Shown here: positions 52,221-64,000 of the stretch, piece after piece
How positions within the stretch are numbered: position 1 is the first letter of the stretch
Layout of the letters: the number at the start of each line of letters is the position of its first letter
Program-made: the position numbers and the translations under genes
Assembly (NCBI GenBank): GCA_951406725.2
Contig: OX597822.1
Location: forward strand, 9,548,001 to 9,612,000
DNA length: 64,000 nt
Reading direction: 5' to 3'
Origin: Octopus vulgaris
Lineage: Eukaryota
Notes under the pieces: generated by a model
Told to the model about the DNA's origin: nothing
The model's input: only the letters and a program-made list of their open reading frames with translations
Database searches by the model: none

Positions 52221-55200
52221 CAACAACAACAATAATAATGATAATAATAATAATAATAATGAATGACAATAATATTATAGTAATATGCCAGCCTCGCCTG
52301 GCCTCCGTGCCAGTGGCACATAAAAAGCACCATCCGATCGTGGCCGTTTGCCAGACTCGTCTGGCACCTGTGCCGGTGGCACGTAAAAAGCATCCACTAC
52401 ACTCATGGAGTGGTTGGCGTTAGGAAGGGCATCTAGCTGTAGAAACATTGCCAGATCAAACTGGGCCTGGTGCAGCCTTCTGGCTTCCCAGACCCCAGTT
52501 GAACCATCCAACCCATGCTAGCATGGAAAGCGAACGATGAACGATGATAAGTATATACAAATCAACAACCATGGACAGTAAGAGCCATGATTGTAGAGTC
52601 CAAGAAGTATAAAGTTCCAATTGAGATGAGGATCCAAGAGAGGAGGAAAAGGAAGTTCGGTCAGACTGGATCAAACTGCATATAAGTAGATATACATGCT
52701 CACACGAATACATTTATAGGTTATGTCTGCAGAGATACATTGTGTCCAAGCACTTATAACATGGATACACAACACTCTTTACTCTTACTTTTTTATTTGT
52801 TTCAGTCATTTGACTGTGGCCATGCTGGAGCACTGCCTTCAGTCGAGCAAATCAACCCCAGGACTTATTCTTTGTAAGCCTAGTACTTATTGTATCGGTC
52901 TCTTTTGCAGAACCGCTAAGTTACGGAGACATAAACACTCCAGCATCGGTTGTCAAGTGATGTCGGGGGGGTGGGGGATGGGACAAATATAGACACACAC
53001 GTACATATATACAACGGGCTTCTTTCAGTTTCCATCTACCAAATCCACTCACAAGGCTTTGGTCGGCCCAAAGCTATAGTAGAAGACACTTGCCCAAGGT
53101 GCCACGCAGTGGGACTGAACCCGGAACCATGTGGTTCGTAAGTAAGCTACTTACCACACAGCCACTCCTACAACACTAGCTAAATTTTAATTTTTTCATA
53201 TCTCTAGTTAGGAAGCGCTATTTATTTGCTTTTCTCCAAGCATTCAAAGGAAACGACTACTATTCCCTTTCAAACGTTGCTTTTGTGACTTGGTGACATC
53301 AATGTTTTGAACCAAACCTATTTTCCATTACATTTCAGACAGATTCAGTGCTGAGTTGCTGAAGCAGATGTACAGTAACTATTCTGCTCAATGACACAAA
53401 TTTGCTTTGTCAGTTTGTTTGACTTTAACCACTTGTGCATGTCCCTCAGTGAGTGACAATATGTGCACCTCTAATCATGGGCAGGAGTAGTGGGGGACAT
53501 CACAGCCATGTGTTGAGAGGGATTCTTTGGGGGCTTGAAAAAATGTAACAAAAGCAAAGCAATTTTTAATGCTTTCTACAGGTAAGTATTCTGGGTGTGT
53601 GCCAGTGTGCGTCTGCCTTGACAACCTGTGACGGCAGCAGTAAACAAGCGTCACCATAATATTGGATTATCCCATAAATAATGCATATCTATGAATAGAA
53701 TGCATGTATGTAAACATGTATTCATGTATATGAGCAAGCATATGCATATACTCTTTTACTTGTTTCAGTCATTTGACTGCGGCCATGCTGGAGCACCGCC
53801 TTTAGTCGAGCAAATCGACCCCGGGACTTATTCTTTGTAAGCCCAGTACTTATTCTATCGGTCTCTTTTGCCGAACCGCTAAGTGACGGGGACGTAAACA
53901 CACCAGCATCGGTTGTCAAGCAATGCTAGGGGGACAAACGCAGACACACAAACATATACACACACACACACATATATATATATATACATATATACGACAG
54001 GCTTCTTTCAGTTTCCGTCTACCAAATCCACTCACAAGGCATTGGTCGGCCCAAGGCTATAGCAGAAGACACTTGCCCAAGATGCCACGCAGTGGGACTG
54101 AACCTGGAACCAAGCTACTTACCACACAGCCACATGAATGTTGAAGAGAAATGCAAGTGGATGCTGAAAAGTTCCTGGCTTTGGGTAAAAGACCTCATCA
54201 CAGGTTCCCTCCACAGAGATGAGCACTTCTTTACACAGCTGTCCTCATCCATCTGAATAACAGCTGCTACCCAAGGACAAAAGTACACAATCTAACGAAG
54301 GCAGTGATTTACATTAAAAATAAATATGTTTACATTAAAAAATAGGCGCAGGAGTGGCTGTGTGGTAAGTAGCTTGCTAACCAGCCACATGGTTCCAGGT
54401 TCAGTCCCACTGCGTGGCATCTTGGGCAAGTGTCTTCTGCTATAGCCCCGGGCCGACCAATGCCTTGTGAGTGGATTTGGAAGACGGAAACTGAAAGAAG
54501 CCTGTCGTATATATGTATATATATATATATGTATGTGTGTGTATGTGTCTGTGTTTGTACCCGCTAGCATTGCTTGACAACCGATGCTGGTGTGTTTACG
54601 TCCCCGTCACTTAGCGGTTCGGCAAAAGAGACCGATAGAATAAGTACTGGGCTTAGAAAAAGAATAAGTCCTGGGGTCGATTTGCTCGACTAAAGGCGGT
54701 GCTCCAGCATGGCCGCAGTCAAATGACTGAAACAAGTAAAAGAGTAAAAAGAGAGAGTATGTTAATGATCTCATGTAGAGATAACAATACAGAAGACGCT
54801 TGCTTTTGTCAATGTGGAAGAAGTATTTTTTTAGTAATATTTATTTGTAATTTTTATCAACTTTTCTTCATAAAAACTGAAGCAATTTTCCATATCACAC
54901 CCACAGACACTTCTGTAAATTTGGTAATATTAAAGCATAAGAGACAGTTTGTAAACTGTCTTTGTTTTTTTTTTTTTCCTTTCATTATTAATAAGCTAAA
55001 TGTTTTTAACTGCCTCTCGTCACATGCCTTCAATTAGGAATTATATTTACAGCACATCTTGCTAAAGAAATTCAATAATGGATGGCTCCATCTTTACCAA
55101 TTAGACAAATACTTGGCTTATGCTTTTCTTCATATCTCTTTGCTTCTAATTGTTACTTCAACAGATGTGTTGACGACTATGAAATAGCAAGTTCCATAGT

Positions 55201-56254
55201 AATGTCGTTAGCAGAAGTCAGTTAGTTTGGGTGGATGACACAGTTTCTATAAGAAAAAAACACAAATATCTGCCACTAAAGCAGGTTTCAGAATGATTGG
55301 AAGAAGACAGGAATAGAATCTGATTATGAAGAACACACATTCTGCTAACAGAGCAGTGTCTGGAAGTGAATTCATTGTCAGCAAGGGAAGAAGAGAAAGC
55401 TCACTCTACAATTAAACCCAAGAACAGACACAAATTCACACACGTGTAGCATTTATGTGATTCTGGGACCAAGATCCGAATCACTGGCTGTATTACTTCT
55501 GAGGGGGAATGGAGGTTTCCCAAAAGGAATGCATTTATTTCATCATCATCATCATCATCATCATTTAACGTCCGCTTTCCATGCTAGCATGGGTTGGACG
55601 GTTCAACTGGGGTCTGGGGAGCCCGAAAGCTGCACCAGTCCAGTCAGATCTGGCAGTGTTTCTACAGCTGGATGCCCTTCCTAACGCCAACCACTCCGAG
55701 AGTGTAGTGGGTGATTTTATGTGCCACCGACACAGGTGCCAGACGAGGCTGGCAAACGGCCACGCTCGGATGGTGTTTTTTCTCTTTAGTAATAGTAATT
55801 ATTATTCTAACTATAGGCACAAGGCCTGAAATTTGGGGGGAGTGGACTAGTCAATTACATCGATCCTCGTACGTAACCGGTACTTATTTCACTGACCCCA
55901 AAAGGAAGAAAGACAAAATTGGCCTCGGCAGAATTTGAACTCAGAATGTAGCGACAGGCAAAATACCACTAAGCATTTCGTCCAGCATGCTAACGATTCT
56001 GCCAGCTCGCCGCCTTCACAATAGTAAATGCCCTGATACAGTACCGTGTAGTAGCTCTCAAGGCTTTTGATCTGAACTGATTGGGAGTGTTACATGTTTT
56101 TGCCTTGGTGGCAAAGATGGGCAACAACAAAGCATCTCTGATCACAAGTAGAAGTAGTGGTGGAGATTCATAGTCATGTGCCGAGAGAAATTTTGGGGGT
56201 TTCATAATTCACTTCTGGAAACATAGGTCTTTCAATTCATCATCCTTAAACTAG

Positions 56255-56550
56255 GGAGAGCAGAGATCAAAGAGAGGGAGAGTGGAGAGAGAGGAGAGAG
56301 AGGGAGAGAGCGGAGAGAGAGTGAGAGCACGGAGAGAGAGGGAGAGCGTGGAGAGAGCGGAGAGAGGGAGAGCGCGGAGAGAGAGGGAGAGCGCGGAGAG
56401 AGAGGGAGAGCTCGGAGAGAGAGGGAGAGCTCGGAGAGAGAGGGAGAGCTCGGAGAGAGAGGGAGAGAGCGAGCGGAGAGAGCGGAGAGAGAGGGAGAGA
56501 GCGGAGAGAGAGGGAGAGAGCGGAGAGAGAGGGAGAGCGCGGAGAGAGAG
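56255..56550. repeat. GA-rich minisatellite (gagcggagagagaggga-like)
   Basis: Direct sequence. Confidence 0.9.
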
Positions 56551-57593
56551 GTTGAGTGGAGAAAGAAGGAGTGGAGACGGTGGGAAAGTGGAGAGGAAGG
56601 GAGAATGTCAGAGAAAAAGAGAAAGGGAGAATGAGAGAAAGCATTGTATGTGCGTGTGGGTGATTTGCTACTGTAATAAATCTCATCCACCTTTTAAACT
56701 GAAAGGCAGAAAACTAGTCCCCTTCTAGCTTACATATACGAAAGGGTTCTGTAATGTTCCTGGTTTTAAGGGTATTGTGAAGGGCCTGGCTGGAGGACTG
56801 ACCTGAGTTCTTTTACAGGGCTTAGAAATAACTGAAGGACTGCTGCAATAAGTGTGAATCTGAGACGGGAATATGTTGAATACAGTCATAATTAACTGAT
56901 CCTCTTGTATTTTCTTTTACCCAAAGACAGGAACTTGTCAGCACCCACTTGCATTTCTCTTCAACATTCATGTATATGTCCATATGCATATACATGCACA
57001 CATGAATATATGTATACATACATGCATATATTTACACACTATGTACTGAATTTTGCATTTCTTTACATTAGCAAACCTACAACAGTCAGATATCAAACGA
57101 ATTGGGGCAAAGTCCAGATGTAAATAATAATAAAAAGACCCTTCATCAACAAAAGATTCATACTTCAAATCATCATCATCATTTAGCGTCCGCTTTCCAT
57201 GCTAGCATGGGTTGAACGGTTCAACTGGGGTCTGTGAAGCCAGAAGGCTGCATCAGGCCCAGTCTGATCTGGCAGTGTTTCTACGGCTGGATGCCCTTCC
57301 TAACGCCAACCACTCCGTGAGTGTAGTGGGTGCTTTTTACGTGCCACCCGCACAGGTGCCAGACAAAGCTGGCAAACGGCCACGGACGGATGGTGCTTTT
57401 TACGTGCCACCAGCACGGGGGCCAGGCGAGGCTGGCAATGGCCACGATCGGATGGTGCTTTTTACGTGCCACCGGCACGGGGGCCAGGCGAGGCTGGCAA
57501 CAGCCACGAACGGATGGTGCTTTTACGTGCCACCGGCACTTCAAATGTCTCAACAAATTTATGAATTCAGAATTTATAAGGCAAACTACTTAC

Positions 57594-57698
57594 TAGGATT
57601 GGCCATTTCTTCGGATTCTTGAACTAATTTTTCAATCAGTTTCTTTCCTTTTTCTATGTTCTCGTATGTTAACTGCAAGCTCTCATGAGGGTGCGAAA
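57594..57698 (-). CDS. Internal exon of an unidentified host gene (105 bp, phase 1 to phase 1)
   Basis: ggttttcag acceptor and gtaagt donor; reads (V)SHPHESLQLTYENIEKGKKLIEKLVQESEEMANP, in phase with the 61639-61759 exon. Confidence 0.7.
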
Positions 57699-57847
57699 CT
57701 GAAAACCACAAACAAAAAAAAAAAACGTGTAAGTCTTCCCATTTACTTGTAAACAAAAAAAAAAAAGGACCAACAAAAAGAAAAGTTTTATAAATTAAAA
57801 AACAAAAGGAAAAGAGAAAACAACTTTAAAACATTTTTATAATGACT

Positions 57848-58075
57848 TAACCCTTTGGTGTTTAAGCCGGCCATATCCGGCCCAAATATCCTACATGTTT
57901 TACATTCAAACTGGCCATATCCAGCCCCTCACACCTAACCTACATTGACATTCTAAGAATAAACTATCACACCATTGAAACTACAAAACTGTAAGATAAT
58001 GTATGATTAATTCAAAACAATACAACTGATAAAAGTATTACATTTAACAGATTAATCTGAACACTAAAGAGTTAA
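57848..58075. mobile_element. TTAA-flanked MITE (second family)
   Basis: TTAA-ccctttggtgttt...aacactaaagag-TTAA. Confidence 0.6.
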
Positions 58076-59852
58076 GCACAAGCATGGCTGTGTGCTTCCG
58101 AACCATGTGGTTTTGGGCTTAGCCCCTGCATGTGGCACCCAAGCCAATCATCTACTACATACCTAGATTGATCAAAGCATTCTGAATAGGTTTGACAGAT
58201 GGTAACCTAAAGAAATCCACTGTCTGGGTGTGTGCCGGTGTGCGTCTTCGTCTTGACAACCTGCGACAGCAGTAAACAAGCGTCACCATAATATTGGATC
58301 ATCCTATAAATAATGCAATTTTTTTAATGCATTTATCAAAACTGAGATCAAGTCTTTTTAATCTGAATTACACTCTCCTTTATTTTCTACAATGCTCTTC
58401 CATCTTAGCTGGTAGACTTGCTAGACCCCTCTTCCAAATTCACTTTCCGTGACGAAAAATACTCCTCCAATACTGTTCTGACCTTTCTCTCTCTTTTACT
58501 TGTTTCAGTCATTTGACTGCGGCCATGCTGGAGCACTGCCTTTAATCGAGCAACTCGACCCCAGGACTTATTCTTTGTAAGCCAAGTACTTATTCTATTG
58601 GTCTCTTTTTGCCGAACCGTTAAGTGACGGGGACGTAAACACACCAGCATCGGTTGTCAAGCAATGCTAGGGGGACAAACATATATATATATACATATAT
58701 ACGACAGGCTTCTTTCAGTTTCCGTCTACCAAATCCACTCACAAGGTATTGGTCGGCCCGAGGCTATAGCAGAAGACACTTGCCCAAGATGCCACGCATT
58801 GGGACTGAACCCGCAACCATGTGGTTGGTAAGCAAGCTGCTTACCACACAGCCACTCACTGACTGAGTTAACTTTAGTATATTGTCTGAGAATTTAGTGA
58901 CATAGATTGAAGTTAACTAATGGCCCCACAACCACTCATTAACACACTCCAACAACTAACCCAGAGACGAGATGTTTTCTCACTGTTGTTGCTTCAGATA
59001 TTACAGTGGCCATTGTTCTTTAAAACTGGTTAATTCTGTGTTGACTCCCGTCAGCATGCTTGATACACACTTCTCTAATTTTTCTTTCTTACCCAGCTGC
59101 TTAAGAGGAAAATAAACCCTTCCACATTATTCTGTCAAAACTAATGCTTTTTTGTTCATTGTTTTGAATTAATTATGCATTATTTCGTAGGTTTGAGATT
59201 TTAATGAGCTAACTTAATTTTTAGAATAATGAAGGGTTGGTGCATGAGGCCAGGCCTGGTGAATTTGGACATAAATATTTTGGCCAGAAACAGCCAGTTT
59301 TAATGGTATCTATCTCACCATCTCCAAGGTGAGAGCAACAGGCACATCACTGACCTCCAAGCCAAACTATTTCAGTAAAAGACCCTTTAACATTTAAACC
59401 AGCCATCTCTGGCCCTTATGTTTAAACTCCCTAACTATAAATTGCATGTATTTCTTGCCTTCATAGCCATCATTGTTGTAAATGTCAATGCATACAAACA
59501 GTGTCCTTTGCTACGTTCCATGAAAATAAGCCTGGTCTTGAGGAAATATTACCTTAGTTGGAAACCGGTCAGGGTTGGCAAACAGGAAAGGGTTCTGACC
59601 CCAACAAATTACACCCAGCCCATGTCAGCATGGAAGAGTGGACTGTGAAACAATTATTATGATATAAAAGGTACAAAAGAATTGGTTTCAATGAATGTCT
59701 GTAGAATGCAGAAACTAAAATAACATCGGTGAAAAAATGAGGAATCACCACCTCTGGAAGAGAGAAAGAAATCTAAAATTGAAAGGTTTTATTGCACCAG
59801 AAGAGCAATAACCAATGAAAGCATACACCAGAGACCAACTATTACTGTAGAG

Positions 59853-60112
59853 CAGGGCTCTGCAACCTTTTTTTTTACACTTGCAATACACTTTCTCTTT
59901 TTTCTTTTACTCTTTTGCTTGTTTCAGTCATTTGACTGCGGCCATGCTGGAGCACTGCCTTTAGTCGAGCAAATCGACCCCGGGACTTATTCTTTGTAAG
60001 CCCAGTACTTATTCTATCGGTCTCTTTTTTGCCGAGCCGCTAAGTGACGGGGACGTAAACACACCAGCATCGGTTGTCAAGCAATGCTAGAGGGACAAAC
60101 ACAGACACACAA

Positions 60113-60159
<47 letters not shown>

Positions 60160-60319
60160 TACGACAGGCTTCTTACTTTTCAAAATTCAGCAGCAAACCT
60201 GAAATAAAGATATAGCCAAAAGTATAAGGGGAAAAAAATTAGATTCAGGTTACTGTGGCACACCTAGCATCAGCTCATGGCACACCAGAGTGCCGTGGCA
60301 TACCAGTTGCAGAGCACTG
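59853..60319. mobile_element. hAT-type MITE with a nested SINE
   Basis: TIRs cagggctctgcaac / gttgcagagcactg; 8-bp TSD ctgtagag / ttgtagag. Confidence 0.8.
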
Positions 60320-60387
60320 TTGTAGAGAACAATAAAACCAGATTATGTTAGCTTCTAAGAACAAGTTTAAAAGTATCAGGAGCTCAA

Positions 60388-61005
60388 TTAACCCTTTCAT
60401 TACCAACCCAGCTGGAACCGGCTCTGACTGAGTATAAATGTCTTTCTCTTTTACTTGTTTCAGTCATTTGACTGCGGCCATGCTGGAGCACCGCCTTTAA
60501 TCGAGCAACTCGACCCAGGGACTTATTCTTTTGTAAGCCCAGTACTTATTCTATTGGTCTCTTTTGCCGAACCGCTAAGTAACGGGGACATAAACACACC
60601 AGCATCGGTTGTCAAACAATGCTAGGGGGGACAAACACAGACACACAAACACATACACACATATACGACAGGCTTCTTTCAGTTTCCGTCTACCAAATCC
60701 ACTCACAAGGCTTTGGTTGGCCCGAGGCTATAGTAGAAGACATTTGCCCAAGGTGCCACACAGTGGGACTGAACCCAGAACCATGTGGTCGGTAAACAAG
60801 CTACTTACCACACAGCCACTCCTGTGCCTATGTCTTGTTTACATAAGTTTTGAATTAAAATCTTCCACCAAACCTTAGTCACAATTTATGTTCCTAGCAC
60901 TAGCTCAATGATGACTAAGTTATTTTATTAAATTCTTTGTTATATTTAAAGTAATTGAAAGAAACACAAAGCATCTCAAAATAAATACAATAACGAAAGG
61001 GTTAA
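60388..61005. mobile_element. piggyBac-type MITE interrupted by a family A SINE
   Basis: Same element as 47743-47971; SINE at ~60443-60830 flanked by an atgtctt duplication. Confidence 0.85.
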
Positions 61006-61035
61006 TAATCAACACTTTTAGTACGTACATACAAA

Positions 61036-61087
<52 letters not shown>

Positions 61088-61638
61088 AAGTGGTTATTTA
61101 GTCCTTTTTCTCTAACATTTTCATTTCCCACTACCCCCATACTACTTACACCTTTACACACATGCTCCTTTCCAACCATTTTTGCCCCCAGAAACTCCTT
61201 TAACCTCTCACCATTTACATTTCACAGCCTAACATTCTAATAGTCAGTCTACAGTGTTCTTTTCTCACTCCAAAACATTAAATCTCTCTTCATTCTCACC
61301 TCATATAACATATTCCACTATTTTGAATTATTTTACCATAAATTTATCACAAGCAGAATAAATAAATAAATAAAACAAAAAACTGATTAATCAAATCAGT
61401 ATCTGTGAAATTGGAAATTTTAACGCATTATATAACAATTTATATTTAGCAAGACGCTGTACATTTCTACCAGCTCAAACTCCACGACTCCAATTCCATA
61501 GCCCTGCAAGAAAGTGGAATTAAGTATGTTCGAACACATCCAAATGATATAGGAAGCAAAACATTCATCTCTTCAAGATAACAGCAAAATTACAACCAGA
61601 AAATAGAAATATTGAAAGAGAAGATTTTTTTTTTTTAC

Positions 61639-61759
61639 CTCCTGACTTTGACATTAAGTCCTGTAATGCTGCTAACCTTGCAGTAGCTAAATCCACATCT
61701 TTAGAAGATTGCTCCATCTCAGAGAGGCAATTACGGAGTTTTGCATTAGCGCCTTTTAG
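61639..61759 (-). CDS. Internal exon of an unidentified coiled-coil host gene (121 bp, phase 0 to phase 1)
   Basis: tttttggtttcag acceptor and gtaaaa donor; reads LKGANAKLRNCLSEMEQSSKDVDLATARLAALQDLMSKSG. Confidence 0.7.
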
Positions 61760-62539
61760 CTGAAACCAAAAACAAAGTAAATATTTATAGATCTCTTGGG
61801 AGTAGCCACTCAGAAACATCATCATCATCATCATTTAACATTCATTGTTCATGCTGGCATGGGTTGGACGGTTTGAGCAAAGCTGGCAAGTTGCACCTGA
61901 TTCTAGTTGGATTTGGCATGGTTTCTATGGCGGATGCCCTTCCCAACACCAATCATATATCCATAAAAATATACATGCATATAGGGGTCACTTTAGAGCC
62001 TTAGTCATGAAGTTACAAAAAAATCTTCACTAGGGATAGTGACACAAGAAAAACCCCCATCCAGTACACTCTGGAGTGTAGAAGACACTTGCCCATGGGG
62101 TTGTAAAGAGAACTTCTCAACTGCACAGACATGCTTGTGGCTTATAAAGTGTAAACCAGGAATCATTATTAGAAGAGAAAAGCTGCAGAGTGATAAAAGC
62201 ATATAATTTGGATTAAAGGAGTATAACAGGAACACACACAAACACAGCAAAAATGTTCTGCATTCTTTCTTCAACGCTAAGTTGGAACCATTACTTACAA
62301 ACCATTACAAAGTGGTGATATTAATAACGGGCATTAAAAGTTCTTCAATAGCATACCTCTAGGTGACTGAATTCCCAGTATGTTAGTGCAAATTTGCCTT
62401 TACACTGACCCTAACACCCACAAGTATACATACACCATCCTTAAGTATATATTGAATACAAACCACTCTATACAGATACATTACAGAAACTATTCTACAC
62501 ACACACCACATAAAATCCAACTACATCGAATTCACTCCA

Positions 62540-62562
62540 CATTTATATATATATATATACAC

Positions 62563-62595
<33 letters not shown>

Positions 62596-63000
62596 TTATA
62601 TATATACATTTATATATATATATATATACACACATTTATATATATACATTTATATATATATATATATACACACATTTATATATATACATTTATATATATA
62701 TATACATATACACACATTTATATATATATACATATACACACATTTATATATATATACATATACACACATTTATATATATATACATATACACACATTTATA
62801 TATATATACACATTTATATATATATACACATTTATATATATATACATATACACATTTATATATATATACATATACACATTTATATATATATACATATACA
62901 CATTTATATATATATACATATACACATTTATATATATACATTTACACATTTATATATATACATTTATATATATATATATATACATACACACACACACACA
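62540..63000. repeat. (TA)n-based compound microsatellite (tatacatatacacacattta)
   Basis: Direct sequence. Confidence 0.95.
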
Positions 63001-64000
63001 AATCACTAAACACAATCCACTACATATTCACAAACTACAAAGAATTCCCTACATATATATAAAAATCACTGCGCGCAAACACATACACACACACAAGTGC
63101 ATATTAAGTAGATTACTGCCAAACAGTATGAGAACAGGTGAGAAAATGCAGTAGAGTTTGCAAAGCCTGAAAGCCATCAGTCCTAATTTAACGGGTTTAT
63201 TTACCAATACTGATTGAAACCAATAAAGTGAAGATCACAGTAAGGTGGAGGAGTGGGGAGAAGAGAAAATCTTTTCAAAATGAACAGCAATGCTAGTAAT
63301 GAAATTGAAAGTCTTTGAAGCACATTTACATCATTATTGCTCAAACTAGCATTTGCTCCTCCTACGCCACCAGATTTTCTATACCCAACTTAATTATATT
63401 CCTTCTCCTTTAGCTGTTCCGTCTTTGCTTATATGAAAATAAATAAACAGCAAATATTTGCCTTTAAAATCCGAAGGTCAAGTGATCAAGTGCCTCCTAA
63501 GAAATTCAACTACCGACTAACAGGTTCATGGGAATTAATATCTGCAACAGACTCGTTGTTGCCTTTTGGCAAGACAATTCTCAAGTGACTCCTTGCCATC
63601 GAATTCTTAGTAGAATACATACCCATCTATTCTTAAGTCCTAAAACTGAGCTCAGAGATAGAAACAGTCCTATATAAAAGGTTCTATCTCCTCTTGAGCT
63701 ATAATTCTATCAAGAAAGTCTACCCCCCCTTGAAACTCCTGAGCACTGAGCTTATTGGATACTTGAAAGGAATGCTCAGGTAATATCACTATAGACCAGA
63801 TGGCATTGAATTCAAATCTTATTACATCCACTTTGTTGTACTAAACTTCATAAATGTCCCGGGATGGCAAAATGATCCTATGCTACTTTCTCATACAAAC
63901 ACTATACAAGCAATATACTAATACCTAACAATGTAGGGAACTGGAGTGACCAGGGGGACACAGTTCACAGAAAAGGTTGCAAACAACAACGAAAGAACTT

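Noticed and set aside
54344-54420. tRNA gene
   Set aside because: tRNA-like A/B boxes are the head of a multi-copy SINE and continue into the SINE body.
56232-56728. Arg/Glu-rich and Leu/Ser-rich ORFs
   Set aside because: Translations of a GA-rich minisatellite.

Overview
AT-rich eukaryotic (animal) genomic DNA with no prokaryote-style genes. The SINE and LINE families resemble those I recall from octopod cephalopods; this is an inference, not a database match. About 0-17 kb is nested TE debris in and around huge (TA)n microsatellites: Penelope-like elements (PLEs) with GIY-YIG domains and hammerhead ribozyme motifs, CR1-group LINEs, a pogo transposon, an R4/Dong-like element and Tx1/L1 fragments. 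The centre (17-41.6 kb) holds two copies of a degenerate piggyBac element whose transposase is split by captured host-gene cargo. The cargo contains an ankyrin-repeat exon amplified into ~262-bp tandem arrays of 12 and 39 units, with higher-order repeats. Each unit carries a GTAAGT donor and an in-phase CAG, so splicing could join 65-codon ankyrin cassettes, although about 16 of 51 units are disrupted. The last ~22 kb is SINE/MITE/RTE/solo-LTR-rich sequence, at least partly intronic, with two convincing minus-strand exons of an unidentified coiled-coil host gene. The (TA)n 'IYIY' ORFs are artefacts.
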